Part shown: piece by piece, positions 49,421 through 64,000 of the stretch
Layout of the letters: each line of letters starts with the position of its first letter
How positions within the stretch are numbered: the stretch's first letter is position 1
Assembly (NCBI RefSeq): GCF_009914755.1
Contig: NC_060944.1
Reading direction: 5' to 3' (one strand)
From: the human T2T-CHM13v2.0 reference genome, Homo sapiens
DNA length: 64,000 nt
Made by a program: the position numbers and the translations under genes
The notes under the pieces: model-generated
Databases searched by the model: none
Told to the model about the DNA's origin: nothing
The model's input: only the letters and a program-made list of their open reading frames with translations

Positions 49421-49769
49421 TAAATTCTCCTTACTAATCCACGAGTGGACCACTTTCCAATGCTGAGGCTCTGACACCTCACTGGGCAGCCACTTTTGAT
49501 TATTTTGGGTTGTCAGGGCTCAGGGACACAAGAACTTGCTCCTTAGGGGAGCTGGAGGTCTAGTAGGGATTGCTTGTTCTCCATCAGGCCCCTAGTAGGG
49601 AGGCCTCTCCTGTCCCCAATCCCTGACTCCCAGGGATGCTCCCCTCCAAACCACAGCAGGAAGTTCCTCCTTAGGTCAGACCCACAGCCCTGCTGCTGTG
49701 GTCTCACTGCAGGTCATAGTCTCACAGGGGCCTCTTATATTATTTTAATTTTAATTTTAATTAAATTAA

Positions 49770-49892
<123 letters not shown>

Positions 49893-50214
49893 TGAGTAGC
49901 TGGGATTACAGGCATCCACCACCATGCCTGGCTAATTTTTGTATTTTTAGTAGAGACAGGGTTTTGCCATGTTGACCAGGCTGGTCTCGAAATCCTGGCC
50001 TCAAGTGTTCTGCCTGCCTCAGCCTCCCAAAGTGCTGGGATTACAGGTGTGAGCCACCGTGCCTGGTCTTATATTATTTTAATTTTAAATTTAAGAATAC
50101 ATTCTTAATATCAACCTTCAAAGACTCCCTGTTGCTTACCAAGTTAAGAAAACTACTTAAACCTCACATATAATTCCTTTCTCAACTGGGACCAATAAAC
50201 CGTGACAGCTTTAT

Positions 50215-51449
<1,235 letters not shown>

Positions 51450-51578
51450 TGACCTCAAGTGATCCACCTACCTCAGCCTCCCAAATTACTGGGATCATAT
51501 GAATGAGCCACCATGCCTGGCCCATGTTTTTCTTGTACTTTAGGCTTTGCTACTTACAACCAGAACTGCTTACCATTC

Positions 51579-52226
51579 TGTCAGAAGCCTTCCAACCAGG
51601 GCAACTCCATCTTGAATAGGGGCTGGGTAAAATAAGGCTGAGACCCACTGAACTGCTTTCCCAGAAGGTCAGACATTCTTAGTCACAGGATGGGATAGGA
51701 GTTTGGCAGGACTGGTATCACAAGTACAGGTCACAAAGACCCTGCTGATAAAACAGGATGCAGTAAAAGAAGCCGGCCAAAATCCACCAAAACTACGATG
51801 GGGATGAAAGTGACCTCGATTCGTCCTCACTGCTCATTATATAGGAATTATAATGCATTCGCATGCTAAAAGACACTCCCACCAGCACCATGAGAATTTA
51901 CCAATGCCATGGCAACGTCAGGAAGTTACCCTACATGGTCTAAAAAGGGGACGAACCCTCAGTTCTGGGAATTGCCCATCCCTTTCCTGGTAAAACAATG
52001 AATAATCCACCCCTTGTTTAGCATACGATCAAGGAGTAACTATAAGTATGTTCAGCTGAGCAGCCCATGCCACTGCCCTGCCTATGGAGTAGCCATTATT
52101 TTATTCCTTTACTTTCTTAAATAAACTTGCTTTCACTTTACTCTATGGATTCACCCCAAATTCCTTCTTGCGTGAGGTCCAGAAACCCTGTCTTGGGGTC
52201 TGGTTTGGTACCCCTTTCTGGTAATA
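51579..52226 (+). mobile_element. MER41B-like solo LTR
   Basis: TGTCAGAAGC...ACTCCATCTTGAATAGG start; ...CCCCTTTCTGGTAATA end; GAS motifs at 51658 and 51963. Confidence 0.85.
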
Positions 52227-52548
52227 CTGTAAGTATTTATAGTACGTCTGAGCCACCAAAATTTCCATACTGATCCTTCCATTAGAATATCCTTTCTGCC
52301 TGTCTCTTTCTGGCAGGATCTGATCCATATTTCAAAGCCAGTCTCAAATGCCACCTTTTCCAAAGAAACCTATCCTTATATCTTTATCTAATACAAACAG
52401 TATATATTGGGAGCCTAAGAAATGCTTGTTGCATACATCAATGAATGAACCCCAAACCAATGTATTTCTCCCTTCCTTGTAATCTCCAGAAATGTTTATA
52501 AACTTTGTTGTTGTTTATTTGTTTGTTTTATTTTTATTTTTATTTTGA

Positions 52549-52929
<381 letters not shown>

Positions 52930-53833
52930 TGAGACAGGGTCTCATTGTCACCTCTTGCCCAGGCTGGAGTGCAGTGGCACGATGTTAGCTCACTGCAACC
53001 TCTGCCTCCCAGAGTCAAGTGATCCTGCCACCTCAGCCTCCTGAGTAGTTGGGACCACAGATGTGCACCACCACGCTGGGCTACTATTTTTATATTTTTA
53101 GTGCAGATGGGGTTTTGCCATGTTGCTCAGGCTGATCCTGAACTCCTGAGCTCAAGCAATCTGCCTGCCTTGGCCTCCCAAAGTTCTGGAATTACATGCG
53201 TGAGCTACTGAGCCCGGCCTTAGGTTTACAGAACAGCATTCCACCCATGTTATTTATGCAGGGGAGCACACCACACACATCACTTTGCAGCTTCCTTTCT
53301 CCTCTTATATGTCTTACAGATCTTTCTGTGTTCTGTACATTGAGACACTCATTCATTGGCTTCACTCATTCATTTGAATTCATTCCTTTGTTCAACAGAT
53401 ATTTATCGTCAGCTCTATGTCAGGCACTATGAGAAGTGCTTGGGATATAAAACTGAACAAAATAGACAAAGTCCTTTCCATTGGAGAGATGACATTCTAG
53501 TGTAAGGAGATAGACAATAGATAATAAATACAACAAATAAATAAATACATGGTTTAGTATGTTATAAGATGCTTTCTGTAGGAAAAAAGTGAGAGGGACC
53601 TGGAGTGGAGGGAGGACCGAGTGGGGACAGGTGCAGGGTGGGGGCAGCCAGTAGAGCCCCTCTGAGGAGGAGTGGATCACAGGAGGATGACTGGCAAGAC
53701 CTAAAGGTGGCAAGCTGTCTCTGGTGCTGGCTCTGAGAGCAGGATAGCTGGAGTAGAGTGAGGGAAAGGCGAGGTCAGAGGTGAACCTGCAGGGCAGGTG
53801 GGGCTCCTTCCGCTAGCGCATGGTGTTCCATTA

Positions 53834-54138
<305 letters not shown>

Positions 54139-55114
54139 CTAGATTTCGCCATTGCACTCCAACTGGGCAAGAGCAAAAATCTGTCTCAAAAAACAAACAA
54201 AAACAATACTGCAATAAACATTCTGTCAGTCTGTCATTTTGCCCATGGACAGAATATCTGCAGAATTAATTCCCGGCAGTGAACTTGAGAGAGATCACCC
54301 AATTGCCTTCCAAAGGAGCTGTGCCTGGACCATGGGTTTCAGCACAAAGTGCTGCTCCCTCCAACTTGTAGACTCTTCTGGCAGGTCACGGTGGAGCTCA
54401 CATTCTAGCGGGAGAGTGTCCAGGGCAGAGATATTCCATTCCGTGTCTTTTCTCCCAGGGCTCGCACAGAGAGGGTTCACGCGGTAGTCAGTAGGTGGGC
54501 AGTGCTTGGTGAAGGCATTGATGGGTGGAGGGATTGAAGGATGAATGAATGGATTAGGGGCTGACAGTGCCGCTGCAGTTACTCAAAGGAGCCACCAGGA
54601 GGCGCAGGGAGCCCACATTCTGGAGACAAACCTTTTAAAAAAAGCATCTGGTGACTTAACGACCTTTTCACCAATGGCTTGTGTGGGGCCTTAATGCTAG
54701 GGTGAGAAAAAGGTGGGAGATGGAAGAAAGGGGAGTGGGTAAAAGGACATGTGGGAGAAGAAGGCAGAGAGAGGGCCTTCTGAGGGGGCCTCCACGCCAG
54801 GTAAGGACCGTTTAGCTCCCCTAAGAGCCTGCAGCATTGATGCAGATCCCAGCAAAGCCAAAACCCCCTTATGCCCACAGTTGAGCCCAAAAGCCCAGAA
54901 CAGAGGGGAAAAATAAATTTCAGGATAGGCCAGGTGAAGTGGCTTACGCCTGTAATCCCAAAACTTGGCGAGGTCAAGTAATCCCAAGTACTTTGGGAGG
55001 CTGACAGGGGAAACTCTATCTAAAAAAAAAAAATAAGAAAAGGAATTTCCAGGATAAATATGTACAGTATAATCCCATTTATGTGAAAAAAAAATCTCCA
55101 CAAATAAATTCCTT

Positions 55115-55150
<36 letters not shown>

Positions 55151-55157
55151 TGTGTGA

Positions 55158-55259
<102 letters not shown>

Positions 55260-55583
55260 TGAGTATCTGGGATTACAGGCGTGTGACACCACACCCAGCT
55301 AATTTTTGTATTTGTGGTAGAGACGGGGTTTCACCATGTTGGTCAGGCTGGTCTCGAACTCCTGACCTCGTGATCTGCCCGCCTCAGCCTCCCATAAATT
55401 CTACATATTAGTTTGGGGAGTGTGTATTTACCACATACACATCTACAGGGAAAATCTGGAAAGGTAAATGTCGAATTGACAACAGTGGTTACTTTTGTTA
55501 TTGTGTGTGTAGAGAGGGGCAGGGGACAAAAAGGAAAATGAGGAGTGATCAAAGGGGACTTTAATTTTCTTTTTTTTTTTTGA

Positions 55584-55685
<102 letters not shown>

Positions 55686-55692
55686 TAGCTAA

Positions 55693-55854
<162 letters not shown>

Positions 55855-56126
55855 TAAACTGAAACATTTTAACTTTCCAGGAATCTGTAACCCTGCTATT
55901 ATATAACCACAAATTAAAAATTACTTTAAAAAATGAAAAAAAAAAAAAAAAAAAAAGGCTGGGAGCGGTGGCTCACACCTGTAATCCCAGCACTTTGGGA
56001 GGCTGAGGCAGGAGGATCACGAGGTCAGGGGTTTGAGACCAGCCTGGCCAAAACGGTGAAACCCTGCCTCTACTAAAAATACAAAAATTAGCAGAGTGTG
56101 GTGGCACGTGCCTGCAGTTCCAACTA

Positions 56127-56234
<108 letters not shown>

Positions 56235-56896
56235 TCAAAGAAAAAAAAAAAAGGAAAAGAGAAAAAAAAAGGAACAATAACAACAACAAAAATTAAATGC
56301 TATCTTGTGTTGCATCAATAGAAGTCTTACGTGCAGCTCAAGGGAGGTGACAGCCCCCTCTGCTCTGCTCAGACCACACCTGGGACCTCCTTTCCTCTTC
56401 TTGGCCCTGTCCCGTGAGAAGAATAATGACAGCCTAAGGCATGCTGGGGGTTGGAGATGGGGGGAGGCTGGGGCCATCTGCACATGATACAGATCCAGGA
56501 ACAGTCCCTTTACCCAAGCGGGAGAAACTGGGCAGGTGAGCAGCTTCCAGGTGTGTGGATGGCAAATGGATGCCAGACTTTAGGATAGGAATCCAGGGGT
56601 GCAGCGGATGGAAAGTCCAGCCCAGGATGGGGCATAGTTTTCCCACCCAGCTAGGGAGGGAGGGTAGGGGCTACTCTGGGGTGTCAGGAGTGCCGAAGCC
56701 TGAGGTAGGCGCAAGCCAGGCAGCATGGCAGCATCCTTCCAGAGGGTGTTGTGCAGCTGTGGAAAACAATTGCTGGGAGGCCGGCAGGGGCAGTGGTGGA
56801 GGAGACCAGAGCTTAATTCTAGGTGAGTCACAATAGCCTCATCTGTAGAATGAGTGAGGGGTGGGGCGTAGTTTCAGATTTTTTTTTTTTTTTTGA

Positions 56897-57005
<109 letters not shown>

Positions 57006-57180
57006 TAGCTGGGATTACAGCCATGTGCCACCATGCCCGGCTAATTTTGTATTTTTAGTAGAGACGGGGTTTCTCCATGTTGGTCAGGCTGGTCTTGAAC
57101 TCTTGATCCGCCCGCCTTGGCCTCCCAAAGTGCTGGGATTACAGGCGTCAGCCACCGTGCCCCACCAGTTTCTGACTGAT

Positions 57181-57470
57181 TTTCTTTTTTTTTTTTTTTG
57201 AGACGGAGTCCCGCTCTGTCGCCCGGGCGAAGTGCAGTGGCGCGATCTCGGCTCCCTGCAAGCTCCGCCTCCCGGGTTCGCGCCATTCCCGGGCCTGGGA
57301 CCACAGGCGCCGCCACCACGCCCGGCTAGTATCTTTTTTTATTTTTATTTTCAATAGACACGGGGTTTCACCGTGTTAGCCAGGACGGTCTCGATCTCCC
57401 GACCTCGTGATCCGCCCGCCTCGGCCTCCCAAAGTGCCGGGATCACAGGCGTGAGCCACCGCGCCGGGCC
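57181..57470 (-). mobile_element. AluY, CpG-intact, with many AT-to-GC substitutions
   Basis: AluY diagnostics (gcaagctcc, cgccattc, ccgtgttagccagga, tctcgatctcc) and a ~20-bp internal deletion. Confidence 0.92.
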
Positions 57471-57550
57471 CAGCTTCTGATTTTATGCAGCTGGCGGGAT
57501 CTTGTTCTTGGTCCTTTAAGGCGACCGGAGGGATTGCAGTTTTAAAAACT

Positions 57551-57567
57551 CGCCAGCAGAGGTCGCC
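57551..57567 (+). promoter_or_regulatory. Candidate CTCF site
   Basis: CGCCAGCAGAGGTCGCC; one mismatch to the CCASYAGRKGGCRS core, in a CpG-retaining patch. Confidence 0.6.
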
Positions 57568-57626
57568 TTCTGACGGATTTGACCAAAAAATCCATTCCGG
57601 TGGGAAAGGGGAACCTGCGCCTGCGA

Positions 57627-59934
57627 TTCTCTCTCTCTCCCCCTCTCTCCCTCTCTCTTTCTCTCCCCCCCTCTCTCCCTCTCTCTCCCTCCCTCCCTCT
57701 CTCTCTCTCTCTCCCCCTCCCTCCCTCTCTCTCCCTCCTCCCTTCCTCCCTCTCTCTCTCTCTTTCGACTCTCCCCCTCCCTCCCTCTCTCTCCCTCCCT
57801 CCCTCTCTCTCTCTCTCTCTCCCCTCCCTCCCTTCCTCCCTCTCTCTCTCTTTCTCTCCCCCCCTCACTCCCTCTCTCTCCCTCCCTCCCTCTCTCTCTC
57901 TCCCCCCCTCCCTCCCTTCCTCCCTCCCTCCCTTCCTCCCTCTCTCTCTCTTTCTCTCTCTCTCCCCCTCCCTCCCTCTCTCCCCCTCCCTCCCTCTCTC
58001 TCTCTCTCCCCCTCCCTCCCTCTCTCTCTCCCTCCCTCCCTCCCTCCCTCTCTCTCTCTCTCCCCCTCCCTCCCTCTCTCTCCCTCCCTCCCTTCCTCCC
58101 TCTCTCTCTCTCTTTCTCTCTCTCTCCCCCTCCCTCCCTCTCTCCCCCTCCCTCCCTCTCTCTCTCTCTCCCCCTCCCTCCCTTCCTCCCTCCCTCCCTT
58201 CCTCCCTCTCTCTCTCTCTTTCTCTCTCTCTCTTTCTCTCCCCCCCCTCTCCCTCCCTCCCTCCCTCCCTCTCTCTCTCTCTCTCCCCCTCCCTCCCTCT
58301 CTCTCCCTCCCTTCCTCCCTCTCTCTCTCTCTTTCTCTCTCTCTCCCCCTCCCTCCCTCTCTCCCCCTCCCTCCCTCTCTCTCTCTCTCTCCCCCCTCCC
58401 TCCCTCTCTCTCCCTCCCTCCCTTCCTCCCTCCCTCCCTTCCTCCCTCTCTCTCTCTCTTTCTCTCTCTCTCTTCTCTCCCCCCCTCTCCCTCTCTCTCC
58501 CTCCCTCCCTCTCTCTCTCTCTCCCCCTCCCTCCCTCTCTCTCCCTCCCTCCCTTCCTCCCTCTCTCTCTCTCTTCTCTCTCTCTCCCCCTCCCTCCCTC
58601 TCTCCCCCTCCCTCCTCTCTCTCTCTCTCCCCCTCCCTCCCTCTCTCTCTCCCTCCCTCCCTCTCTCTCCCTCCCTCCCTCTCTCTCTCTCTCCCCCTCC
58701 CTCCCTCTCTCTCCCTCCCTCCTTCCTCCCTCTCTCTCTCTCTTCTCTCTCTCTCCCCCCTCCCTCCCTCTCTCCCCCCTCCCTCCCTCTCTCTCCCTCC
58801 CTCCCTCCCTCCCTCTCTCTCTCCCCCCTCCCTCCCTCTCTCTCTCTCCCTCCCTCCCTCCCTCCCTCTCTCTCTCCCCCTCCCTCCCTCTCTCTCTCCC
58901 CCCCCCCTCTCTCTCCCTCCCTCCCTTCCTCCCTCTCTCTCTCTTTCTCTCTCTCTCCCCCTCCCTCCCTCTCTCCCCCTCCCTCCCTCTCTCTCTCTCT
59001 CCCCCTCCCTCCTTCTCTCTCCCCCTCCCTCCTTCTCTCTCTCCCTCTCTCTCTCTTTCTCTCTCTCTCCCTCTTTCTCTCTCTCTCCCCCTCCCTCCCT
59101 CTCTCCCCCTCCCTCCCTCTCTCTCTCTCCCTCCCTCTCTCTCTCTCTCTCCCCCCTCCCTCCCTCTCTCTCTCCCTCCCTCCCTCCCTCTCTCTCTCCC
59201 CCCCCTTTCTCTCTCTCTCCCCCTCCCTCTCTCTCTCTCCCCCCCTTTCTCTCTCCCCCTCCCTCCCTCTCTCTCTCCCCCTCCCTCCCTCTCTCTCTCC
59301 CCCTCCCTCCCTCTCTCTCTCTCCCTCCCTCCCTCTCTCTCCCTCCCTCCCTTCCTCCCTCTCCCTCTCTCTCTCTCTCCCCCTCCCTCCCTCTCTCTCT
59401 CCCCCTCCCTCCCTCTCTCTCTCCCCCTCCCTCCCTCTCTCTCTCCCCCTCCCTCCCTCTCTCTCTCCCTCCCTCCCTCTCTCTCCCTCCCTCCCTTCCT
59501 CCCTCTCTCTCTCTCTCCCCCCCTCCCTCCTCTCTCTCCCTCCCTCCCTTCCTCCCTCTCTCTCTCTCTCTTTCTCTCTCTCTCCCCCTCCCTCCCTCTC
59601 TCCCCCTCCCTCCCTCTCTCTCTCTCTCCCCCTCCCTCCCCCTCTCTCTCTCCCTCCCTCCCTTCCTCCCTCTCTCTCCCTCTTTCTCTCTCTCTCCCCC
59701 CCTTTCTCTCTCTCTCCCCCTCCCTCCCTCTCTCCCCCTCCCTCCCTCTCTCTCTCCCTCCCTCCCTTCCTCCCTCTCTCTCTCTCTTTCTCTCTCTCTC
59801 CCCCCCTTTCTCTCTCTCTCCCCCTCCCTCCCTCTCTCCCCCTCCCTCCCTCTCTCCCCCTCCCTCCCTCTCTCTCTCTCCCCCTCCCTCCCTCTCTCTC
59901 TCTCTTTCTCTCTCTCTCTCCCCCTCCCTCCCTT

Positions 59935-59966
<32 letters not shown>

Positions 59967-60532
59967 CCCCCCTTTCTCTCTCTCCCCCCCTTTCTCTCTC
60001 TCTCCCCCTCCCTCCCTCTCTCCCCCTCCCTCCCTCTCTCTCTCTCTCTCCCTCCCTCCTTCTCTCTCTCCCTCCCTCCCTTCCTCCCTCTCTCTCTCTT
60101 TCTCTCTCTCTCCCTCTTTCTCTCTCTCTCCCCCTCCCTCCCTCTCTCCCCCTCCCTCCCTCTCTCTCTCTCCCTCCCTCTCTCTCTCTCCCCCCTCCCT
60201 CCCTCTCTCTCTCTCCCTCCCTCCCTCCCTCTCTCTCTCTCTCTCTCCCCCCCTTTCTCTCTCTCTCCCCCTCCCTCCCTCTCTCTCCCCCCCCTTTCTC
60301 TCTCCCCCTCCCTCCCTCCCTCTCTCTCTCTCTCCCCCTCCCTCCCTCTCTCCCCCTCCCTCCCTCTCTCCCCCCTCCCTCCCTCTCTCTCTCTCTCTCC
60401 CCCCTCCCTCCCTCTCTCCTCCTACTCCTCCCTCCCTCCCTCTCTCTGTCTCTCCCTCCCTCCCTCCCGCTCTCTCCCCCCTCCCCCTCTCCCCCTCCCT
60501 CCCTCCCTTCCTCCCTCTCTGTCTCTTTCTTT
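57627..60532. repeat. ~2.9 kb polypyrimidine/polypurine compound repeat of (CT)n, (CCCT)n and CCTT
   Basis: Only about 7 purines, all near the ends; no purine seen between 57869 and 60423. Confidence 0.98.
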
Positions 60533-60776
60533 GAGACAAAGTTTCACTCTGTCACCCAGGCTGGAGTGCAGTGGCACGATCTCCACTCACTGCAACCTCT
60601 GCCTCCCGGGGTTCGTGATTCTCATGCCTCAGCCTCCCGAGTAGCTGGGATTACAGGCGCCCGCCACCACGCCCGGCTAATTTTTGTATTTTTAGTAGAG
60701 ACGGGGTTTTGCCATGTTGGCCAGGCTGGTCTCAAACTCCTGACCTCAAGTGATCTGCCTGCCTCGGCCTCCCAAA
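60525..60776 (-). mobile_element. Alu (5'-truncated) whose tail merges into the pyrimidine tract
   Basis: gagacaaagtttcactctgtcacccaggctgg...cctcccaaa. Confidence 0.93.
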
Positions 60777-61541
60777 CTAAGATTCATTTGTTGACTAAGT
60801 GAATAAAAGGGGAGACATTGAAGAGGGGGACCCGACTGGATTTGGGGGTGAAGGTGGAGTTGAGAGTGACTTTGAGGCTTCTGCTTGAGCAATGAGTGGA
60901 GGGTGCCTCTCCTGAGCTGGGGAAACTGGGGCAGCACTGACGGAGGGGACACAGCTACAGAGGGGAGAACCCTCTCCTGCCGGGGCTGCGGGTTACAGCC
61001 TGCACTGCGATTCTCTGATCTCAGGGACCTCAGACTTCTGGGGCCCTGTCCCCTACCTCTGTGTATGACCCTAGCTGGCTGAGGGCTGAAGGCTTGCTGT
61101 TGGCTCTTTCTGCACCCTCAGCCTTCTCCTTCCTCTTCCCTCTGCAGGACTCTGTCCTGGGTCCTTAGGAAGAGTCCAGGCCCCAGGACAGGGAAGTTGG
61201 GTCAGGCCTGGACCTCACATTCCCTGCCTGTCCCATGAGGTGGACAGTGAGAGGACAAATGCCTGGACCCCTGGCCCCAAACCCAAGAGCAGATGTACCG
61301 GAGAAGAGCTTCTTAGAGCACCAGGTGCCAGGGCTGCGGTGGAGAATCAGGGGGGCCCAGGGGAAGGGGCTGCAGATGAGGGAGGAGATAGATACGGAGG
61401 GCCTGTGTGCCTCCCAGATACAGGGCTGGCTTTCCCAGCCCAGAAGGTTCTTTCTGCCTTTCCCAGTCTTCTTCCATTCTCATTTCATGTTCACACTTTT
61501 GGCCATACCCAGGGTCAGCCATGAAGATTGTTCTCAGAATG

Positions 61542-61995
61542 TTTTCTTTCTTCCTTCCTTTCTCTTTCTTTTCTTTCTTTCTTCCTTTCTTTCTTTCCTT
61601 TCTTTTTCTTTCTTCTCTTTCTTTTTTTCTTTTCTTCTTTCTCTCTCTTTCTTTCTCTCTCTCTCTCTCCTTCCTTCCTTCCTTCTTTTCTTTCTTTCTT
61701 CTTTCTTTTTTTGAAACAGAGTCTCACTATGTCACCCAGGCTGTAGTGCATTGGCACGATCACTGCTCACTGCAGCCTTGACCTCCTGGGCTCAAGTGAT
61801 CCTCCCGCCTCAGCCTCCTGAGTAGCTGGGACCACAGGTATGCACCACCATGCCCAGCTGATTTTTTAATTTTTTGTAGAGATGGGGGTCTCACTGTGTT
61901 GCTCTGGTTGGTCTTAAACTGCTGGGCTCAAGTGATCCTCCCGCCTTGGCCTTCCAGAGTGTTGGGATTACAAGCAGGAGCAGCACACCTGGCCA
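61542..61995 (-). mobile_element. AluJ with expanded (CTTT/CCTT/CT)n tail at 61542-61712
   Basis: Antisense AluJ preceded by a 170-bp pyrimidine tract. Confidence 0.9.
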
Positions 61996-63197
61996 ATGTT
62001 TTATTTAAATCAACTCACTTAGGTTGAATTAGAATAATTTTAGACACACAGAAGAGTGTGTCTATATAATTTTGAATTATATACCCAACACTCAGATATA
62101 ACATTAGCATTTTGCCATATTTGCTTCATCTATTTCTTTCTGAAATATTTTAATGTAAATTACAGATATCATGAATTTTCATCCCCAAATACTTTAGTCT
62201 GCATCAGTCAAAGATATCTAATATTTAATCCACAATGGATTTCCCCAGTGGCAATTCCCCTAAATTGTGTTTTACAGTTGACAGTGGATTTATTGTAAAA
62301 GGAAACTCGATATACCAAGTGACAAGCAAGTTATCTTCTGTTATAAATAGAAAGGATCCCTGGAAATGGACACAGTGTCAGGCCCAGAGCTGTGGGTGGA
62401 GACCTGCTCTCTGTTTGACATAAATAGGAGATCAGTGGCTACTAAATCTGAAGACAGGGCAGCAGCAAAGAACATTTTCTCACGGATGTGATGAGACTTG
62501 AAAGGGACTCAGAAAGGGGGTCACTTTCTCCAGGTTGGGGTAACTGTTATTTAAGCCAGGGTTCATCTGCAGCGTGGGGAGCCAGAGTGTGACCCCTTCC
62601 CTAGGTGATGGAGGTGGCTGAGGCTCCAGAAGTTTCCAGAGAAAGATCTGGTGTTCCTACAAGGCCAGTGGCAGGGGGAAGGGCACTAGACAGTGGGGCT
62701 GGAGGGTGTGGGCCTGTCCCTGCTCTGATTTTGGGCACTGCACTTTTGCCTGTAAGAAGGGGATATGTGAGGCCAGGACAGGGTCTCCTACTCTGTCCCC
62801 ACTCCCACGCCAAACAGGGCCTTGAGGACTCTCGCGACCTCCATGACCCAGCTTCCCTCCTACCCCAGCCCCAAGCCTGTTTTTGTTCCCCTCCCTCCCT
62901 CCTGCTTGATCTTTGAGCCTCAGCCAGGATGTTACCTCCTCCTAGAAGCCTGCCTTGGTCCCTGGAATGGATTAAGGGACTCTCTCCTGGGCCCCACAGC
63001 TGCCCAGGATCACTCAGCACTGTAGTGCCCTGTTGGCCTTTGCCTCCCTCCAGCTGTGGACGTACAAAGCAGACAGCGAATCTGTCTTGCTCACCACTGT
63101 ACCCCCATCCCCTACTGCAGCACCTGGCACATAGCAGTAGTGCGGCACACTTGTTGAATGAATAAGGGATCATTACTACTACGCTTCCCACTCATAA

Positions 63198-63565
<368 letters not shown>

Positions 63566-64000
63566 CATTTACTCACAAATATTTACTGAGCACCTACTAT
63601 GTCCCAAGCAGTATTCTAGGCACTGGAAATGGGGCAAGGCTGCTGCCTCTGTGGAACTTATACTGGGGTGTGGGAGGCAAAGAAAAACAAGCAAACATAC
63701 ATATGAAATAATTTAAGATGCCACTCGTGGTGGGAGGGACTGACAGGAGCTGCTGTGGAAGAGAGCATTAGGAGGGCCTTGCTGAGGGGTGACTTTATTT
63801 CAGCTGAGAGGTGGATGAGAAGGCACCTGCAGGGGAAGAAGAACCAGGGGAAGGGTGTTCCTGATGGAGCAACAGCCTGTGCTAAGGCCCCAAAGTGAGC
63901 ACCAGCTGGGCGCTGAGGGACAGAACCAGGCACAGGCTCGGTTAGAGGAGGTCTGAGGTCCCAGAGGAGACAAGAGAGGGGAAGGATGGGAGGGCAGGCC

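Noticed and set aside
57627-60532. Full PRDM9-A 13-mer CCNCCNTNNCCNC array
   Set aside because: The dominant units I checked match the CCTCCCT heptamer but fail the 13-mer at positions 11 or 13; a PWM scan is needed.
57485-60802. ORFs of 1007-1105 aa on both strands
   Set aside because: Stop codons cannot occur in pure C/T or pure G/A sequence; the S/L/P and E/R/G translations are artefacts of the repeat.
61235-63191. 159-aa and 196-aa ORFs near the right end
   Set aside because: One runs through a CTTT microsatellite; the other is GC-rich or L2-derived with no recognisable domain or splice support.

Overview
Human genomic DNA, recognisable as the SLC52A3 (RFVT3/C20orf54 riboflavin transporter) locus on chr20p13. 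The minus strand carries coding exons 2-4 (29-4180), a proximal non-coding exon 1 (donor at 6707) and a probable distal first exon with a TATA/GC-box promoter near 14.4 kb. Upstream, about 15-52 kb is a dense, nested ERV cluster: a full-length but defective HERV-IP10F provirus with LTR10F at both ends, a truncated LTR10A-type HERV-IP element, MER61/MER4-group elements, and solo LTR7B, LTR5 and MER41B, plus about 40 Alus. Near 57.5 kb lie a GC-shifted AluY, a CTCF motif and a ~2.9 kb polypyrimidine tract. No protein-coding gene other than SLC52A3 is supported. The most interesting signals are regulatory or structural: a 9-unit intronic minisatellite with an NF-kB consensus site in every unit, AP-1 arrays in three LTR10s, GAS sites in MER41B, a triple-nested insertion, a provirus whose 5' end is a pol-internal TGTAG with an intact TSD, an inversion with inverted duplicated ends, and the pyrimidine tract. 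Repeat subfamily names are from recall of consensus sequences and need Dfam/RepeatMasker confirmation. All functional claims are hypotheses.
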